A stretch of DNA of 64,000 nt from Squalus acanthias (Eukaryota): NCBI GenBank assembly GCA_030390025.1, contig CM059438.1, positions 52,826,001-52,890,000 of the forward strand, in the 5' to 3' direction. Each line of letters opens with the position of its first letter. Within the stretch, counting starts at the first letter, position 1. Both the position numbers and the translations under genes were made by a program. The notes under the pieces are model-generated. The model saw nothing but the letters and a program-made list of their open reading frames with translations, had not been told where the DNA came from and did no database searches. Shown piece after piece: positions 36,771-49,668 of the stretch.

Positions 36771-37752
36771 GAAGGGGAGGAAGGACTGTAATACCGCGGT
36801 GCGACGTGCTGCAGCGCCTAGTCCCTCGCAGCACCCCAAGAGGGAAGCGGGGCGCTTCCCGTAGCTTCCCTCTTGGGGCGCTACCACTCAATTTTCGTCC
36901 ACGGGGGCGCTAATTTTTCCAGGGCGCTAAAAGTAGTGCCCCGGTGAAGTTATCGCCCTAAAGGGGGCGCAACTCAGTTTTTTCCCCTTTTAGTTTTGCC
37001 AGCTTGTCAATTATTTTCTACCTTTCTCTCCCAACTGCATTAATATTCTTTTTAAGCTCATCCTCTAGTGAAGTGTCTATTTCGCTATCTTCTTTAGTAA
37101 AAACTGAAGCGAAGTGGTTATTCAATACTTCTGCCATTTCTCTGTCATTACCTCTGAGTTTATCTTGATCATCCTTTAGTGGCCCTATCCCAACTTTAAA
37201 TTTCCTTTTGTTATTTATGTGTCTATAGGACACTTTATTATTTATTTTTATATTCCTTGATAATTTGATTTCATAATTTCTCTTTGCCTTCTTGATTTTT
37301 TAAATTTCTCTCCTAAGTTTCTCTTTAGATTAATATTCTCTATTGCCCTCCTCTCCTTTAATATCTAAGTACTTCCTGTATGTCTTTTTCTTTAGATTCA
37401 ATTTTGCCTTTAGTTCTTTATTCATTCATGGTGCCCCATAATTAGCTTGCTTGTCTTTGGCTTTTAGTGGAACACATTTCTCTTGAACTCTATTGATTAC
37501 CTTTTTAAAGATGTCCCACTCTTTTCCTGTCTCTTTTTATTTTTCAGGATTTTCTTCCAGTTTACCTTCTTTAGTTCCACCCTCATTTCCTCATAATTTG
37601 CTCTTTTCCAATCTATTACCTTAGTCTTTGTCCTACTTATATCCTAATCTTGAACCATACTATGTTGTGATCACTACTACTAAGATGCTCTCCTACTCTT
37701 ACTTCTCCTATCTGTTCTGGTTCATTACCCATTCCAGCAGTGATTGTTTTCT

Positions 37753-37897
37753 GACCAGTACTGATGAAAGGTCATCGACCTGAAACGTTAAATCTGTATC
37801 TCTCCTCACAGATGCGGCCTGACCTGCTGAGTATTTCCAGCATTTTGTGTTTTTATTTCAGATTTCCAGCATCCGCAGTATTTTGCTTTTGTATTAA
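37753..37897 (+). mobile_element. Short Penelope-type terminal repeat insertion
   Basis: Flanked by a 12-bp near-duplication TGATT(G/C)TTTTCT (37741-37752, 37898-37909). A second copy lies at 30492-30603. Confidence 0.8.
37755..37797 (+). ncRNA. Minimal type I hammerhead ribozyme motif (probably degenerate)
   Basis: CTGATGA-A-[AGGTC atc GACCT]-GAAAC-GTT. Stem III is the palindrome AACGTT; stem I is imperfect. Confidence 0.65.
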
Positions 37898-39162
37898 TGA
37901 TTCTTTTCTTGTTGGACTTCTTACATACTGAGTGAGAAAGGAGTCCTGCATGCACTGTAAAAACTCAATTCCCTTTTCTCCTTTCGCTACTTCTTCCTGC
38001 CAATTTATTTGTAGTTAAAATCCCCCATAATTATTATTTTATGCCTGCTACTCACCTCGCAGATTTGTCTACATATTTCTTCCTCCAATTCCCTTCCATT
38101 ATTTGGTGGTATATAGTATACCCCTAATAGTGTGATGGAACCTTTCTTATCTTTTAACTCAATCCCTATGGATTCTCTCTCTACGGGGGCGATTTTCTCA
38201 GCCCCAAGGAGGCGGGTTTGGAGGCGGGAAGGCGGGAAAATCGCAAAAAATGAGTGCGGGTTCGGAACCCGCCTCCGCGCAATTTTGCCAGTGCCGGTTT
38301 AGCAGGGTGGGAAACGGTCCCACCTCCAGCAGGCCAGAGAGGTTGTTAAGAGCCTTAAATGGTCGTTAAGGGCCTATCTAATCCTATTTTGAGAGGCCCT
38401 CGTTATTTTTTGACATTTTCAGCGTGTTCCACGACCCTCCTAAACCACGCCAGCTAAACTTGGCAGGTTGACAAGTGGGTTGCCTCCTCACAGCTGCAGC
38501 TTCACCATTAAAATGGAACTTTCATCAGGGATTAGTTGCAGGTGGCAGAACTTTGCTTTAAAGTGTCTTTCAGCACTTTTAGCAGGCCTTCCGAAGTTGG
38601 AGGTGCTGCAGCTTCTATATATCAACTGTGGGACCTCCTTGGAAGACCCTCTCCCTGCTTGGAATGAGCGCTTCCCCAACGGAGGCATCTGCAAGCAGCA
38701 TGGGAACGATTCATTTCCTAGATTCGGATGAGGAGCATCCACGTCAGCAGCAGAACCAGGCAGCTCAGCAGCAACAGCAGCAGGAGCCCCAACCTCCTGC
38801 TCACCCACCTGATGCTGCACAGGGCAGAAGGCGCCAGCGCATCGAGGCACCTCGCCGCAGGAGATACCCCCAACACAGGGTTTACAGACAGAGGATGAGC
38901 AAGCTCAACATGAGTGAGCAGCATGCCAAAGGAGGCTGAGACTTTCGCGAGAGGTTGTTGGAGACATCTGCGCACTGCGGCACCAATACCTGGAGCCAAG
39001 AGGACACCCCTTACCAGTGGCTGTCAAAGTTAACACCACACTCAACTTTTTTGCCTCAGGCTCCTTCCAGGGATCATCAGTAGACATCACGCAGGTTTCC
39101 AATACCCTTTTTGCGAAGGCGCACAATTACATCCAGTTCTCAAGGGATTAAGCAAGTATAAA

Positions 39163-42100
39163 CATAGAAACATAGAAGATAGGAGCAGGAGTAGGCCATT
39201 CGGCCCCTCTAGCCTGCTCCGCCATTCAATGCGATCATGGCTGATCATCCAAATTCAGAACCCTGTCCCTGCTTTCTCCCCATATCCCTTGATCCCTTTA
39301 GCCTTAAGAAATATATCCAACTCCTTCTTGAATATATTTAATGAATTGGCCTCTACTGCCTTCTGTGGTAGAGAATTCCACAGGTTCACCACTCTCTGGG
39401 TGAAGAAATTCCTCCTCATTTCTGTCCTAAATGGCTTACCCCTTATCCTTAGACTGTGACCCCTGGTTCTGGACTCCCCGACCATCGGGAACATCCTTCC
39501 TGCATCTAGTCTGTCCAGTCCTTTCAGAATTTTATAAGTTTCAATGAGATCCCCTCTCATTCTTCTAAACTCCGGCGAGTATAAGCTCAATCGACCCAAT
39601 CTCTCCTCATACGTCATTCCTGCCATCCCAGGTATCAGCCTGGTGAATCTTCGCTGAACTCCTTCCATGGTAAGAACCTCCTTCCTCAGATAAGGCGACC
39701 AAAACTGCACACAATACTCAAGATGTGGTCTCACCAAGGCCTTGTACAACTGCAGCAAGACACCCTTGTTCCTGTACTCAAACCCTCTCGCTACGAAGGC
39801 CAACATACCATTTGCCTTCTTAACCGCCTGCTGCACCTGCATGCTTACCTTCAGCGACTGGTGCACAAGGACACCCAGGTCTCGTTGCACTTCCCCTTCT
39901 CCCAATCTATTGCCATTCAGATAATAATCTGCCTTCCTGTTTTTGACACCAAAGTGGATAACCTCGCATTTATCCACGTTATATTGCATCTGCCATGCTT
40001 CTGCCCAATCACCCAACCTGTCCAAATCATACTGGAGTTTCTCGGCATCCTCCTCACAGCACACACGCCCACCCAGCTTTGTGTCATCTGCAAACTTGGA
40101 GATATTACATCTAGTTCCCTTGTCTAGATCATTAATATATATTGTGAATAGCTGGGGTCCAAGGACCGATCCCTGCGGTACCCCACTAGTCACTGCCTGC
40201 CACTCGGAAAAAGACCCGTTTATTCCAACTCTTTGCTTTCTGTCTGCCAACCAGTTATCTATCCAAGTCAATACCTTGCCCCCAATCCCATGTGCCTTAA
40301 CTTTACACGCTAATCTCTTATGCGGGACCTTATCGAAAGCCTTTTGAAAGTCCAAATACACCACATCCACTGGTTCTCCCTTATCTATTTTATCAGTTAC
40401 ATCCACAAAAAATTCCAGTAGATTAGTCAAGCACGATTTACCTTTTGTAAATCCATGTTGACATTTTGTCCGATCCTGTCACTGTTTTCCAAGTGCTCTG
40501 CTATTACATCTTTTATAATGGACTCTAGCATTTCCCCACTACCGATGTCAGGCTTACCCCATGGTAATTCCCCATTTTCTCTCTATCACCTTTTTTGAAT
40601 AGTGGGGTAACATTAGCTACCCTCCAATCCATGGGTATTGTTCCAGATTCCATCGAATGTTGGAAGATGATCAGCAATGCATCTACTATTTCTAGGGCCA
40701 CTTCCTTAAGTACCCTAGGATGTAGATTATCAGGCCCTGGGGATTTATCGGCCTTCAATCCCGCCAATTTCCCTAACACCATTTCCCTACAAATACTGAT
40801 TTCTTTCAGTTCCTCCCTTTCATCAGATCCTATGTTCCCCGACATCTCTGGGAGGTTATTTGTGTCCTCCTTTGTAAAGACAGAACCAAAATATGTATTT
40901 AATTGGTCTGCCATTTCTTTGTTCCCCATTATAAGTTCCCCTGATTCTGACTGCAAGGGACCTACGCTTGACTTCACCAATCTTTTTCTCTTCACATATC
41001 TATAAAAGCTTTTACAGTCAGTTTTTATGTTCCCTGCAAGCTTCCTCTCATATTCTATTTTCCCCTTCTTAATTAATCCCTTTGTCCTCATTTGTTGAAT
41101 CCTAAACTGCTCCCAATCCTCAGGTTTACTGCTTTTTTGGCTAATTTCTGTCTTCTCCTTGGCTCTTATGCTATCCCTAATTTCCCTTGTTAGCCACGGT
41201 TGAGTCACCTTTTTTGTTTTATTCTTATGCCAAACTGAGATGAACAAATTCTGTAGTTCATCCATGCGGTCTTTGAATTTTGCCATTGCCTATCCACCGT
41301 CAACCCTTTGAGTGACATTCCCCAATCAATCCTACCCAACTCGTGCCTCATACCATCGTAGTTTCCTTTATTTAAATTCAGGACCCTAGTCTCTGAGTCA
41401 ACTACTTCACTCTCCATCTTAATGAAGAATTCTATCATATTATGATCGCTCCTCCCCAAGGGGCCTCGCACAACAAGATTGCTAATTAATCCTTTCTCAT
41501 TACATAATACCCAGTCTAAGATGGCCTGCTCTCTGGTTGGTTCCTCGACATATTGGTCAGGAAACCATCCCGTAAACACTCCAAGAATTCCTCCTCCACA
41601 GTATTGTTACTAATTTGGTTAGCCCAATCTATATGTAGATTAAAGTCACCCATGATGACTGCTGTGCCCTTATTGCACGCTTCTCTAATTTCCCTTTTAA
41701 TGCCATCCCCAACCTCCGCATTACTGTTTGGAGGTCTATATACCACTCCCACTAACGTTTTCTGCCCCTTGGTATTTCTCAGTTCTACCCGTACAGATTA
41801 CACATCATCAGAGCTAATATCCTTCCTTACAATTGTGTTAATCCCCTCTTTAACCAGCAATGCTACGCCACCTCCCTTTCCTTTTTGCCTATCTTTCCTG
41901 AATATTGAATACCCCTGGATGTTGAGTTCCCAGCCTTGGCCACCCTGGAGCCATGTTTCCGTAATCCCAATCAAATCATATTCGTTTACCTCTATTTGCA
42001 CAGCTAATTCATCCACCTTATTCCGAATACTCCTCGCATTAAGACACAAAGCCTTCAGGCTTGTTTTTTTAACGCTCTTAGACCTATTAGAATTATTATT

Positions 42101-43673
42101 TACTGTGGCCATGTTTGATTGAAACCGTTGATTTCTCTGACTGCCACTTTTGTTATTCTCCTTCCTATCTTTTGCTTTTATCCTTGTTTCCCTTTCCTCT
42201 GTCTCCCTGCTCAGGTTCCCAACCCCCTGCCATTTTAGTTTAAACCCTCCCCCAGAGCACTAGCAAACACTCCCCCTAGGACATCGGTCCCGGCCCTGCC
42301 CAGGTGCAAACCGTCCGGTTTGTACTGGTCCCACCTCCCCCAGAACCGGTTCCAATGTCCCAGGAATTTGAATCCCTCCCCCTTGCACCATTCCTCTAGC
42401 CACGTATTCATCTGAAATATCCTTCTATTTCTACTCTGACTAGCACGTGGCACTGGTAGCAATCCTGAGATTATATACCTTTGAGGTCCTATTTTTTAAT
42501 TTACCTCCTAACTCCCTATATTCAGCTTTTAGGACCTCATCCCCTTTTTTACCTATATCGTTGGTACCTATATGCACCACGACAACTGGCTGTTCACCCT
42601 CCCCTTCCAAAATGTTCTGCAGCCGCTCTGAGACATCCTTGACCCTTGCACCAGGGAGGCAACACACCATCCTGGAGTCTCGTTTGCGGCCACAGAAACG
42701 CCTATCTATTCCCCTTACAATAGAATCCCCTATCACTATAGCTCTACCCCTCTTTTTCCTCCCGTCCTGTGCAGCAGAGCCACCCCTGGTGCCAGGAAGT
42801 TGGCTGCTGCTGCCTTCCTCTGATAAGCCATTCCCCCCAACAGTATTCAAAGTGGTATATCTGTTTGAGAGGGGGATGTCCACAGGGGACTCCTGCACTA
42901 CCTGCCTGCGCCTACTACTCTGTCTGTTGGTCACCCATTCCCTTTCTGCCTGTGCATCCTTTGCCTGCGGTGTGACCAACTGCTCAAACGTGATATCCAC
43001 GACGTCCTCAGCATCGCGAATGGTCCAGTATGTATCCAATCGCAGCTCCAGCGCCGTAATGCGGTCTGCCAGTAGCTGTAGCTGGATACACTTCCTGCAC
43101 ACATGGTTGTCAGGGGCACAGGAAGAGTCCCTGAGTTCCCACATAGCGCAGGAGGAGCATACCACGGGGCCGAGCTCTCCTGCCATGACTTATCATTTAA
43201 TTAATTCAAATTAAATTAAATAAAATCAATCCCACCAATTACACTACAGTTTAATGATATACTTAAGGGCCCTGGTTTACCAACAGTCCCCGCTAAACCA
43301 CAGAGAGCTTAGAAACTATAAACCACAGAGTTTAAGTTTAAAAAGAGAGAAATACTCACCAACCAATCACTTACCTGCTTTCTGGTGACGTCACACTTAG
43401 ATTACTTTTTACTTCTCTCCCTCCCTCTGAGCTCGGAGATTGGTAAGCCTACCTGGTCTCTTCCGCCTCTTTTAAACCTCGCCGCCGCCGCCTCATTTCC
43501 CGCAGGTCCGCCGCCGCTCTGAGGTCTACCTGGTCTCTGCCGCCTCTTTTAAACCTCGTCGCCTGCCGCCTCGTTTCCCGCAGGTCCGCCGCTGCTCTGA
43601 GGCCTACCTGGTCTCTGCCGCCTCTTTTAAGTCTCGCCGCCGCCGCCTCATTTCCCGCAGGTCCGCCGCCGCT
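39163..43673 (-). mobile_element. Full-length CR1 LINE (copy C) with several frameshifts
   Basis: ORF1 pieces at 42235-43186, ORF2 pieces at 39255-42112, tail at 39163. Confidence 0.95.
43449..43673 (-). repeat. Tandem GC-rich monomers (about 77 bp, 3 copies) at the 5' end of CR1 copy C
   Basis: ctacctggtctc... units start at 43449, 43526 and 43604. Confidence 0.92.
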
Positions 43674-45170
43674 CGTTTGGTTGGCTTTGCAAATATGGCA
43701 GGCTTGCCAATGGTACAGGGTGTCATAGACTGCACACATGTGGCCCTTAGGGCACCCCATCACAACCCAGCTATCTTTGTCAACCGCAAGGGCTTCCACT
43801 CCCTCAATGTACAGCTGGTGTGTAACTACAAGAAGGAGTTTTTGCATGTTTGCGCCAAGTTCTGTGGTAGTTGCCATGACTCTTTCATCCTGCGGCACTC
43901 TAGTGTTCCTCCGCTTTTCAATCCGCCAAACCAACTTAATGGATGGCTCCTTGGTGACAAAGGCTACCCCCTGAAGAAGTCGCTAATGACACCGATCAAG
44001 AGGCCAGCTAACGAGGCTGAAGAGCGCTACAATGCCAGCCACACTTCGACCAGGTCCATCATCGAGCAAACCATTGGGTTGTTGAAGATGCGCTTCCGAT
44101 GCCTTGACCGATCAGGTGGAGCCCAGCAGTAAACACCATACAGGGTCTCCAGAATGGTCGTGGGCTGCTGTGCACTGCACAACATCGCACAGCATCGTGG
44201 CTTGCAGCTTCCCGATGAACAAGTGGCTCAGTTCCAGGCCTCCTCAGATGAGGATGAGGATGAGGAGGAGGAGGAGGAGCAGGAGGAGGAGCTGGAGCAG
44301 GAGGAGAACTGAGCGCCGGTCTATCGACCAGCAGCAGCGGCAGCACGCAAGCACATGGCTGCCCGTGATGCAAGGGATGAACTTATCCTGGCCAGATTTA
44401 CATAGGTTGCCCATGTTGGCACATGTCCTTGGCTCCATCTTAAGACATCATAGACAATGGACATGACTCTCTGGCCTCCTTTCACTCTGGCCACCAACCT
44501 GACAACGCAAGGGTCGCGGAGCCCACAATGTGGAGCTGCCTAAGGCAAAAGAACAGATGCCATCATGCCAACATTTTGCCATCAAATCATTTTAATGCTT
44601 TCCAACAGGGATGGCATTTCATCAATACACATAAACACTCACCCAATCTGCACACAGATCTGGAGGTTATATTCCTTGCCAGCTGGACCCACACAGCCTT
44701 GGTTTCTTTGGGAGGCCTCTTCCTTCCAGATGAGGGGAAGAGCACCTCCCTGCTATCTCTCACCCCCTCAACCAACATTTGCAGCGCTTCATCCGAGAAC
44801 CTCGGGAGGCCCTTGCCTTGGAATTGGACATAATGGTTTCTCAAAATATGTTGCAGGTGGTGCAGCATTGACAGAAATCCAGTGGTATGATCTAAGGCAG
44901 CAAGCAGCCCTTAAATGAGGCTGGAAAAGTAATGTCAGCAGAGGCGAGTTTCGGTCCCAAAACACTAATTGACGAAGGGCAACCCACACCTCTGAAATCA
45001 ACTGGGCAATCAGGGGAAAATCGCAATTTTTTCAAACCTATCAGTGGAGGCGGGTTTGGAACCCACCCAAACCGAAACCTGCCTCCGACCCGCCTCCAGT
45101 GGGAAAATCGCCCCCTACCTTACTGCTAGTTACCATTTTTTCTACTGTCATTATGTTATCTTTAACTAGT

Positions 45171-45581
45171 ATTCTCATAAAATTCTCATCCTTGTTTTCA
45201 AATCCCTCCATGGCCTCGCCCCTCCCGATCTCTGTAATCTCCTTCAGCCCCACAACCCCCCGAGATATCTGCGCACCTCTAATTCTGCCCTCTTGAGGAT
45301 CCCTGATAATAATCGCTCAACCATTGGTGGCCGTGCCTTCTGTTGCCTAGGCCCTAAGCTCTGTAATTCCCTGCCTAAACCTGTCCGCCTCGCTACCTCT
45401 CTTTCCTCCTTTAAGACGCTCCTTAAAACCTACCTCTTTGACCAAGCTTTTGGTCACCTGCCCTAATTTATCCTTATGTGGATCGGTGTCAAATTTTTTG
45501 TCTTAAAATACTCCTGTGTAGCGCCTTGGGACGTTTTACTACGTTAAAGGCGCTATATAAATACAAGTTGTTGTTGTTGTT
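45171..45581 (+). mobile_element. L2 3' fragment
   Basis: Homologous to 27940-28337; ends gcgctatataaatacaag(ttg)n. Confidence 0.87.
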
Positions 45582-47609
45582 TTTGTACAGCTACTCCACC
45601 TTCCCCTCCTTCCTTCCCTTTGCTTCCTAAATGGGTTATATCCTGCAATATTTAGTTGCCAATCCTGTCCTCTATGTAGCCATTTTTCAGTCATCCCTAC
45701 TATATTCGGATCCTCACTGCAAATTATTGCCTCCAGTTCATCCATTTTGTTTTGAATACTACGTACATTTCTGTATCAACAGTTTAAATTGTTTGTATTT
45801 ATTATTCCTCTCTCTTTGTTTTCAGTAGTTATTTTACCTTCATGCCCTATGACTTTATCCGATCTCTGGCCATTCAGGTTATCCCTATTCCCTCCTTTAG
45901 TTTGTCTTTTACTCTCTTTTCCTGATTCTTTTATTGTTAGATTTCTGTAATTTTTAGCAGTTCCCTCCCCCCATGTTATTAGTTTAATGTCTTATTTACA
46001 GCACTAGTTATCCTTTCCGTTAGGACCTTGGTCCCAGCCCGGTTCAGGTGCAGCCTGTCCCAATGGTACAGCTCCTTCCTGTTCCAGTACTGCTGCCAGT
46101 GTCCCATGAAATGGAACCCCTCCTTCCCACACCACTCCTTTAGCCACGTGTTGACTTTCCTAATCTGTGTGTCCCTATACCAATTTGTATGTGGCTCAGG
46201 TAATAATCCCGAGATTATTACCTGTGAGGTCCTGCTTTTCAATTTAGCTCCTAACTCCTGTTAGTCCCTTAGCAGGACCTCTTCCCTAAGCTTTCCTATG
46301 TCGTTGGTTCCGACATGGAGCACAACAATTGGATCCTCCTCCTCCCTTTCCAGATTGTTTTCCAGCTGTTTCGAGATGTCCTTACCCTGGCAGCGGTAGG
46401 CAACATAATCTTCAGGACTCTGGATCCCGACTGAAAAGAATATTATCTATCCCCCTAATTATAGAATCCCCTATAACTACAACCTTTCTACTCTGCACCT
46501 CCTCCCCTTGGATAGCCTCCTGCTCCATGGAGCTGTGGTCGGCATTCTGGCTGTCCTTTCCACAGTCTTTCTCCTTATTCTCACAGGTATCAAGTACTTT
46601 GTACCTGTTGGACAGGAGCAGTGTTTGCTGGACCTCCTTCACTACCTCTCCTACATTCCCCTTACCCAGCTGACTGACAGTCACACTGTCCCCTTCCTGC
46701 ACCTGTGCTTTCCTCTGGTGTGTGACTGTACTCTGGAGTAAATTACCCAGTAATTCCTCCTCCTCCCTTATGTGTGGGAGTGTCTCTAGCCTGGACTCCA
46801 GCTCAACAACTCTAAGCCGGAATATCTGGGACAGTCTCGTTGTCCACAAACTCCCACATACTACAATCCTGACATCTGCACTGCACTGCCATGCCTTAAT
46901 TAATTAATTTATTTGTTAGTTAGTTATCTGCAGTTTATTTCTTGAACTAATTGATCACTTGAGGTCTAGATTTATCAAATAGTTGGATTTAGCTGATGTT
47001 AAATAAATTAGTAATTGTTACTGTGATTAATTTTTTAGCTATTTAGCAGTTATTTGCATCTTTAAATGCAGTTAGAATTTAATCACTTAGTACGTTTTCC
47101 TTTGACTTACGCTTACTTGCACTAATATTAAATCCTTACTAACTCAAGCTTAACACTAACCATTAAGATACTAAACACACAAACGGATATCTAGATACTT
47201 ACCTATATACTTATCCTAATTTCCTCGGGTTCTGCCGCTCTTCTTTGTGTACTGATTAGGACGTCACTGTTTCTATTACCTCCGGGGCGATTATTTACTT
47301 ATTTACTGTTGCCCCTTGGTTTAAAGTACTTTGCACCTCCTTCCTCCTCTGCACCTAATTTCCACTTCATCAGAACTGGATGATATTACAGATGAGCAGC
47401 ATTTAAAAAGGAACAGAGAAAGAGGAAGGGGGAGGGGAGAGGGAAAGAACACAAACATAGACACACAGGAAAAGAAATGCATGCTAAACAGTGAGAATTT
47501 ATGGCATGCGTCATTAATCTCGCCATTGCAGGAAATTCTGGGCCACTGGCACTCCAATAATGTCACTTGGGACCTCTTTCTTCTACTCCCAAACCCTCTC
47601 ACAAAATCA

Positions 47610-47885
47610 CAAAACAGAAATCTATCAATCTCAGATTTAAAATTAACAATTTGCGGAAGAGAGTTCCAAACTTCTACTACCCTTTGCGTGTAGAAGTGTT
47701 TCCTAACTTCACTCCTGAAAGGCCTGGTTCTGATTTTTAGGCTATGTCCCCTAGTCCTAGATTCTCCAATCAGAGAAGTAGATTCTCTCTACCTATCTTA
47801 TCAGTTCCCCTTAATATCATGAAAACTTTGATCAAATCACCCTTAATCTTCTAAATTCCAGGGAATACAATCCTAGTTTGTGTGT
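47610..47885 (-). mobile_element. Degenerate CR1 3' fragment
   Basis: LEFRRLR..DLIKVF and FYTQRVVEVWNSLPQ remnants. Confidence 0.75.
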
Positions 47886-48428
47886 TTTGAGTGCTTTGAG
47901 ACATTATCCTCTTGTGCAGATTCCTATTCTCAGTGCCCAACAGTGAATCCCTTATTGCCTTGATATATCCAGTAACGCCTCCATGGGTGCATCAGAGAAT
48001 CTGAGAGCACTTCTGCAGCTGATCTCCCTCTCCCCTGCCCGAAGCTGCTGCTCCTTCAGTTATCTTCCACTCTCTGCTACTCAAAAAGTGATGTTCCCCT
48101 TTACCAGCCTGCAGCCTTTTAAAGTTTGCACCAGCACTGAAGTTCCCTTCTGACCAGCAGCAGCAATAATATCAAGAGTGAATTTACTGCTCCAAACCCA
48201 TCTTGCATGGTGTTTGATCAGGAGCACAAGCCACTTCAGGAGTTAGGCAAATGCATTGGTCAATTTAAGGGCTCATAAATATCAGTAAAGCATCGCACAA
48301 GTGGGAAATTGGATCCCCCATGCCAGTCAACTAGTGAACTACTTGCTGATCCAACTGTTCAGTCCATGCACTGTGAGTCTGTGTTGGCACTGCTAGGCAG
48401 AACACAAAAGAGAGGTCAGAGAGATTAG

Positions 48429-49069
48429 GAGCTAGATTTTCCTCTACTCTACCACCCAGCAGTATAGTGGTAAAAATAAAGCAGTAAATTTTGGCGGGGA
48501 CCCTACCGCTGCCAATTTCGACTTCCTTCCTTTTTTGCTGTAGGGAAATAGGCCATCCAACCCCAAACTACAAATAAATGACAGCGTTGAGGCAGGGCCC
48601 TGGAACCTGGCTGATCTCCATCCCGCCCGCCACTGCTACATCGACCCCAGGGACCACCGGGGATGGGTGGCAGTATCCCCGGGTAGCAACAGAAGGCCCG
48701 CTGAAGCCCCTTTTGGAGTAAAAGGGCCCAGCAGTGGGCACCCTTCTCTCTCCTCTGGCCCCAAAACGATACCTCGTTTCGGGCTTGGCTCAGTCTGAGA
48801 CTTAAACTAAAATTCTTCCTCACCTTTTCAGGGCACTTTTACCCCTTTAAATGGCTCGCTCCTCTTTGGTGTTCTGCTGCATCTTCCTCCTCTAGCAGTG
48901 GCAGGCTCTCTCTTACTGGTGGGGATCCTGCTCGGAGCCTGCCCTGCATATATAAAACAGCCCTGACTCAGAAAAATGTGTTGTGGTCATGGTGGGCTCA
49001 GTGCATGAGTACGAGTCTCAGTCCGATCCTCTTGCAGCAAGGAACCTGTCCCGATGGAAAATCCAGACC
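48429..49069. mobile_element. Harbinger-type MITE (degenerate)
   Basis: Ends GAGCTAGATTTTCC / GGAAAATCCAGACC. Confidence 0.55.
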
Positions 49070-49513
49070 AAGATATTTTAAATGAAACAGTGTGGTTCAC
49101 AAAGCCAACAAGTGGTGGTTATATGGAAGGTTTGTGGTACAACCAGGAAGAGAGAAAGGATTATGGCTAGACTGCTCAGCCAAGAGGCATCCAATGCATG
49201 AGAAGGGAGCACAGGCATCATTAATCGTCAGCTAGCATGGTTGATGACGGTATGGCGCAGGCTTATGAATGTCCGCACTCACCTAAAGGGCAGTGTGAAT
49301 TTGAGCCGGTATGGAGGTAGCTCTGATAATGAGAAGGATAGCAGATAGAGGAGTATCCATAATAGTGAGATGGAGACCAGATAGTGACTTAGCTGCATTA
49401 GTGAGATGGACTGCCGATAGAGAATTACCCACAACAGTGAAATGGATAAAATACATAAAGAAAATTCACTTCCAATGAGTATTGCCTTTAGATCATAAAA
49501 TATCAGTACTTAC

Positions 49514-49668
49514 AGTTGTAAAAACAAAAGCGGCATTAATCATCACGCTTGCAGTAGTCATTGTATCCAATCCAGCACCAACCGCCATGGCCAGGGATGT
49601 AGATGCATATGATGTCAGTAGCAGAGTAAGCATGAAGAAGAAGAAATTTGCAGGAATCCTCTGATAAC
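49514..49668 (-). CDS. ABCG2: ABCG2-like transporter, internal exon equivalent to human exon 13 (155 bp)
   Basis: ctttctgcAG acceptor and GTAAGT donor. Translates (G)YQRIPANFFFFMLTLLLTSYASTSLAMAVGAGLDTMTTASVMINAAFVFTT (TM4-TM5). Phase is compatible with both neighbouring exons. Confidence 0.92.

Larger units (their letters stand above)
31965..36987. mobile_element. CpG-rich Harbinger-type MITE (same family as 24929-25586, opposite orientation), split by CR1 copy B
   Basis: Ends GGGGGAAAAATTCGG / CAGTTTTTTCCCC with TSD TTT. Halves are 31965-32444 and 36771-36987. Confidence 0.85.
38700..44406 (+). pseudogene. Harbinger DDE transposase (HARBI1-like), frameshifted and split by CR1
   Basis: MGTIHF...[15 protein letters not shown] at 38700-39160. 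[25 protein letters not shown] and [19 protein letters not shown] at 43674-44130, then an acidic tail. Confidence 0.9.
38185..45115 (+). mobile_element. PIF/Harbinger transposon with both ends, interrupted by CR1 copy C
   Basis: TIR GGGGGCGATTTTC(T/C)CA with 3-bp TSD TAC (38182-84, 45116-18). Transposase on +, truncated Myb/SANT exon on - at about 44660-44835. Confidence 0.93.
31251..47300 (-). mobile_element. Old CR1 (5' UTR, ORF1 and ORF2 remnants) hosting several nested insertions
   Basis: Colinear pieces: RT 31251-31964, linker/APE 36988-38184, APE 45116-45170 and 45581-45790, ORF1 esterase 45979-46890 (VIGDSIIRG, DRLHL). Confidence 0.85.

Noticed and set aside
43677..44132. Domesticated HARBI1 gene
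   Set aside because: It lies between TIRs with a TSD, is frameshifted and is split by a CR1, so it is a transposon copy.
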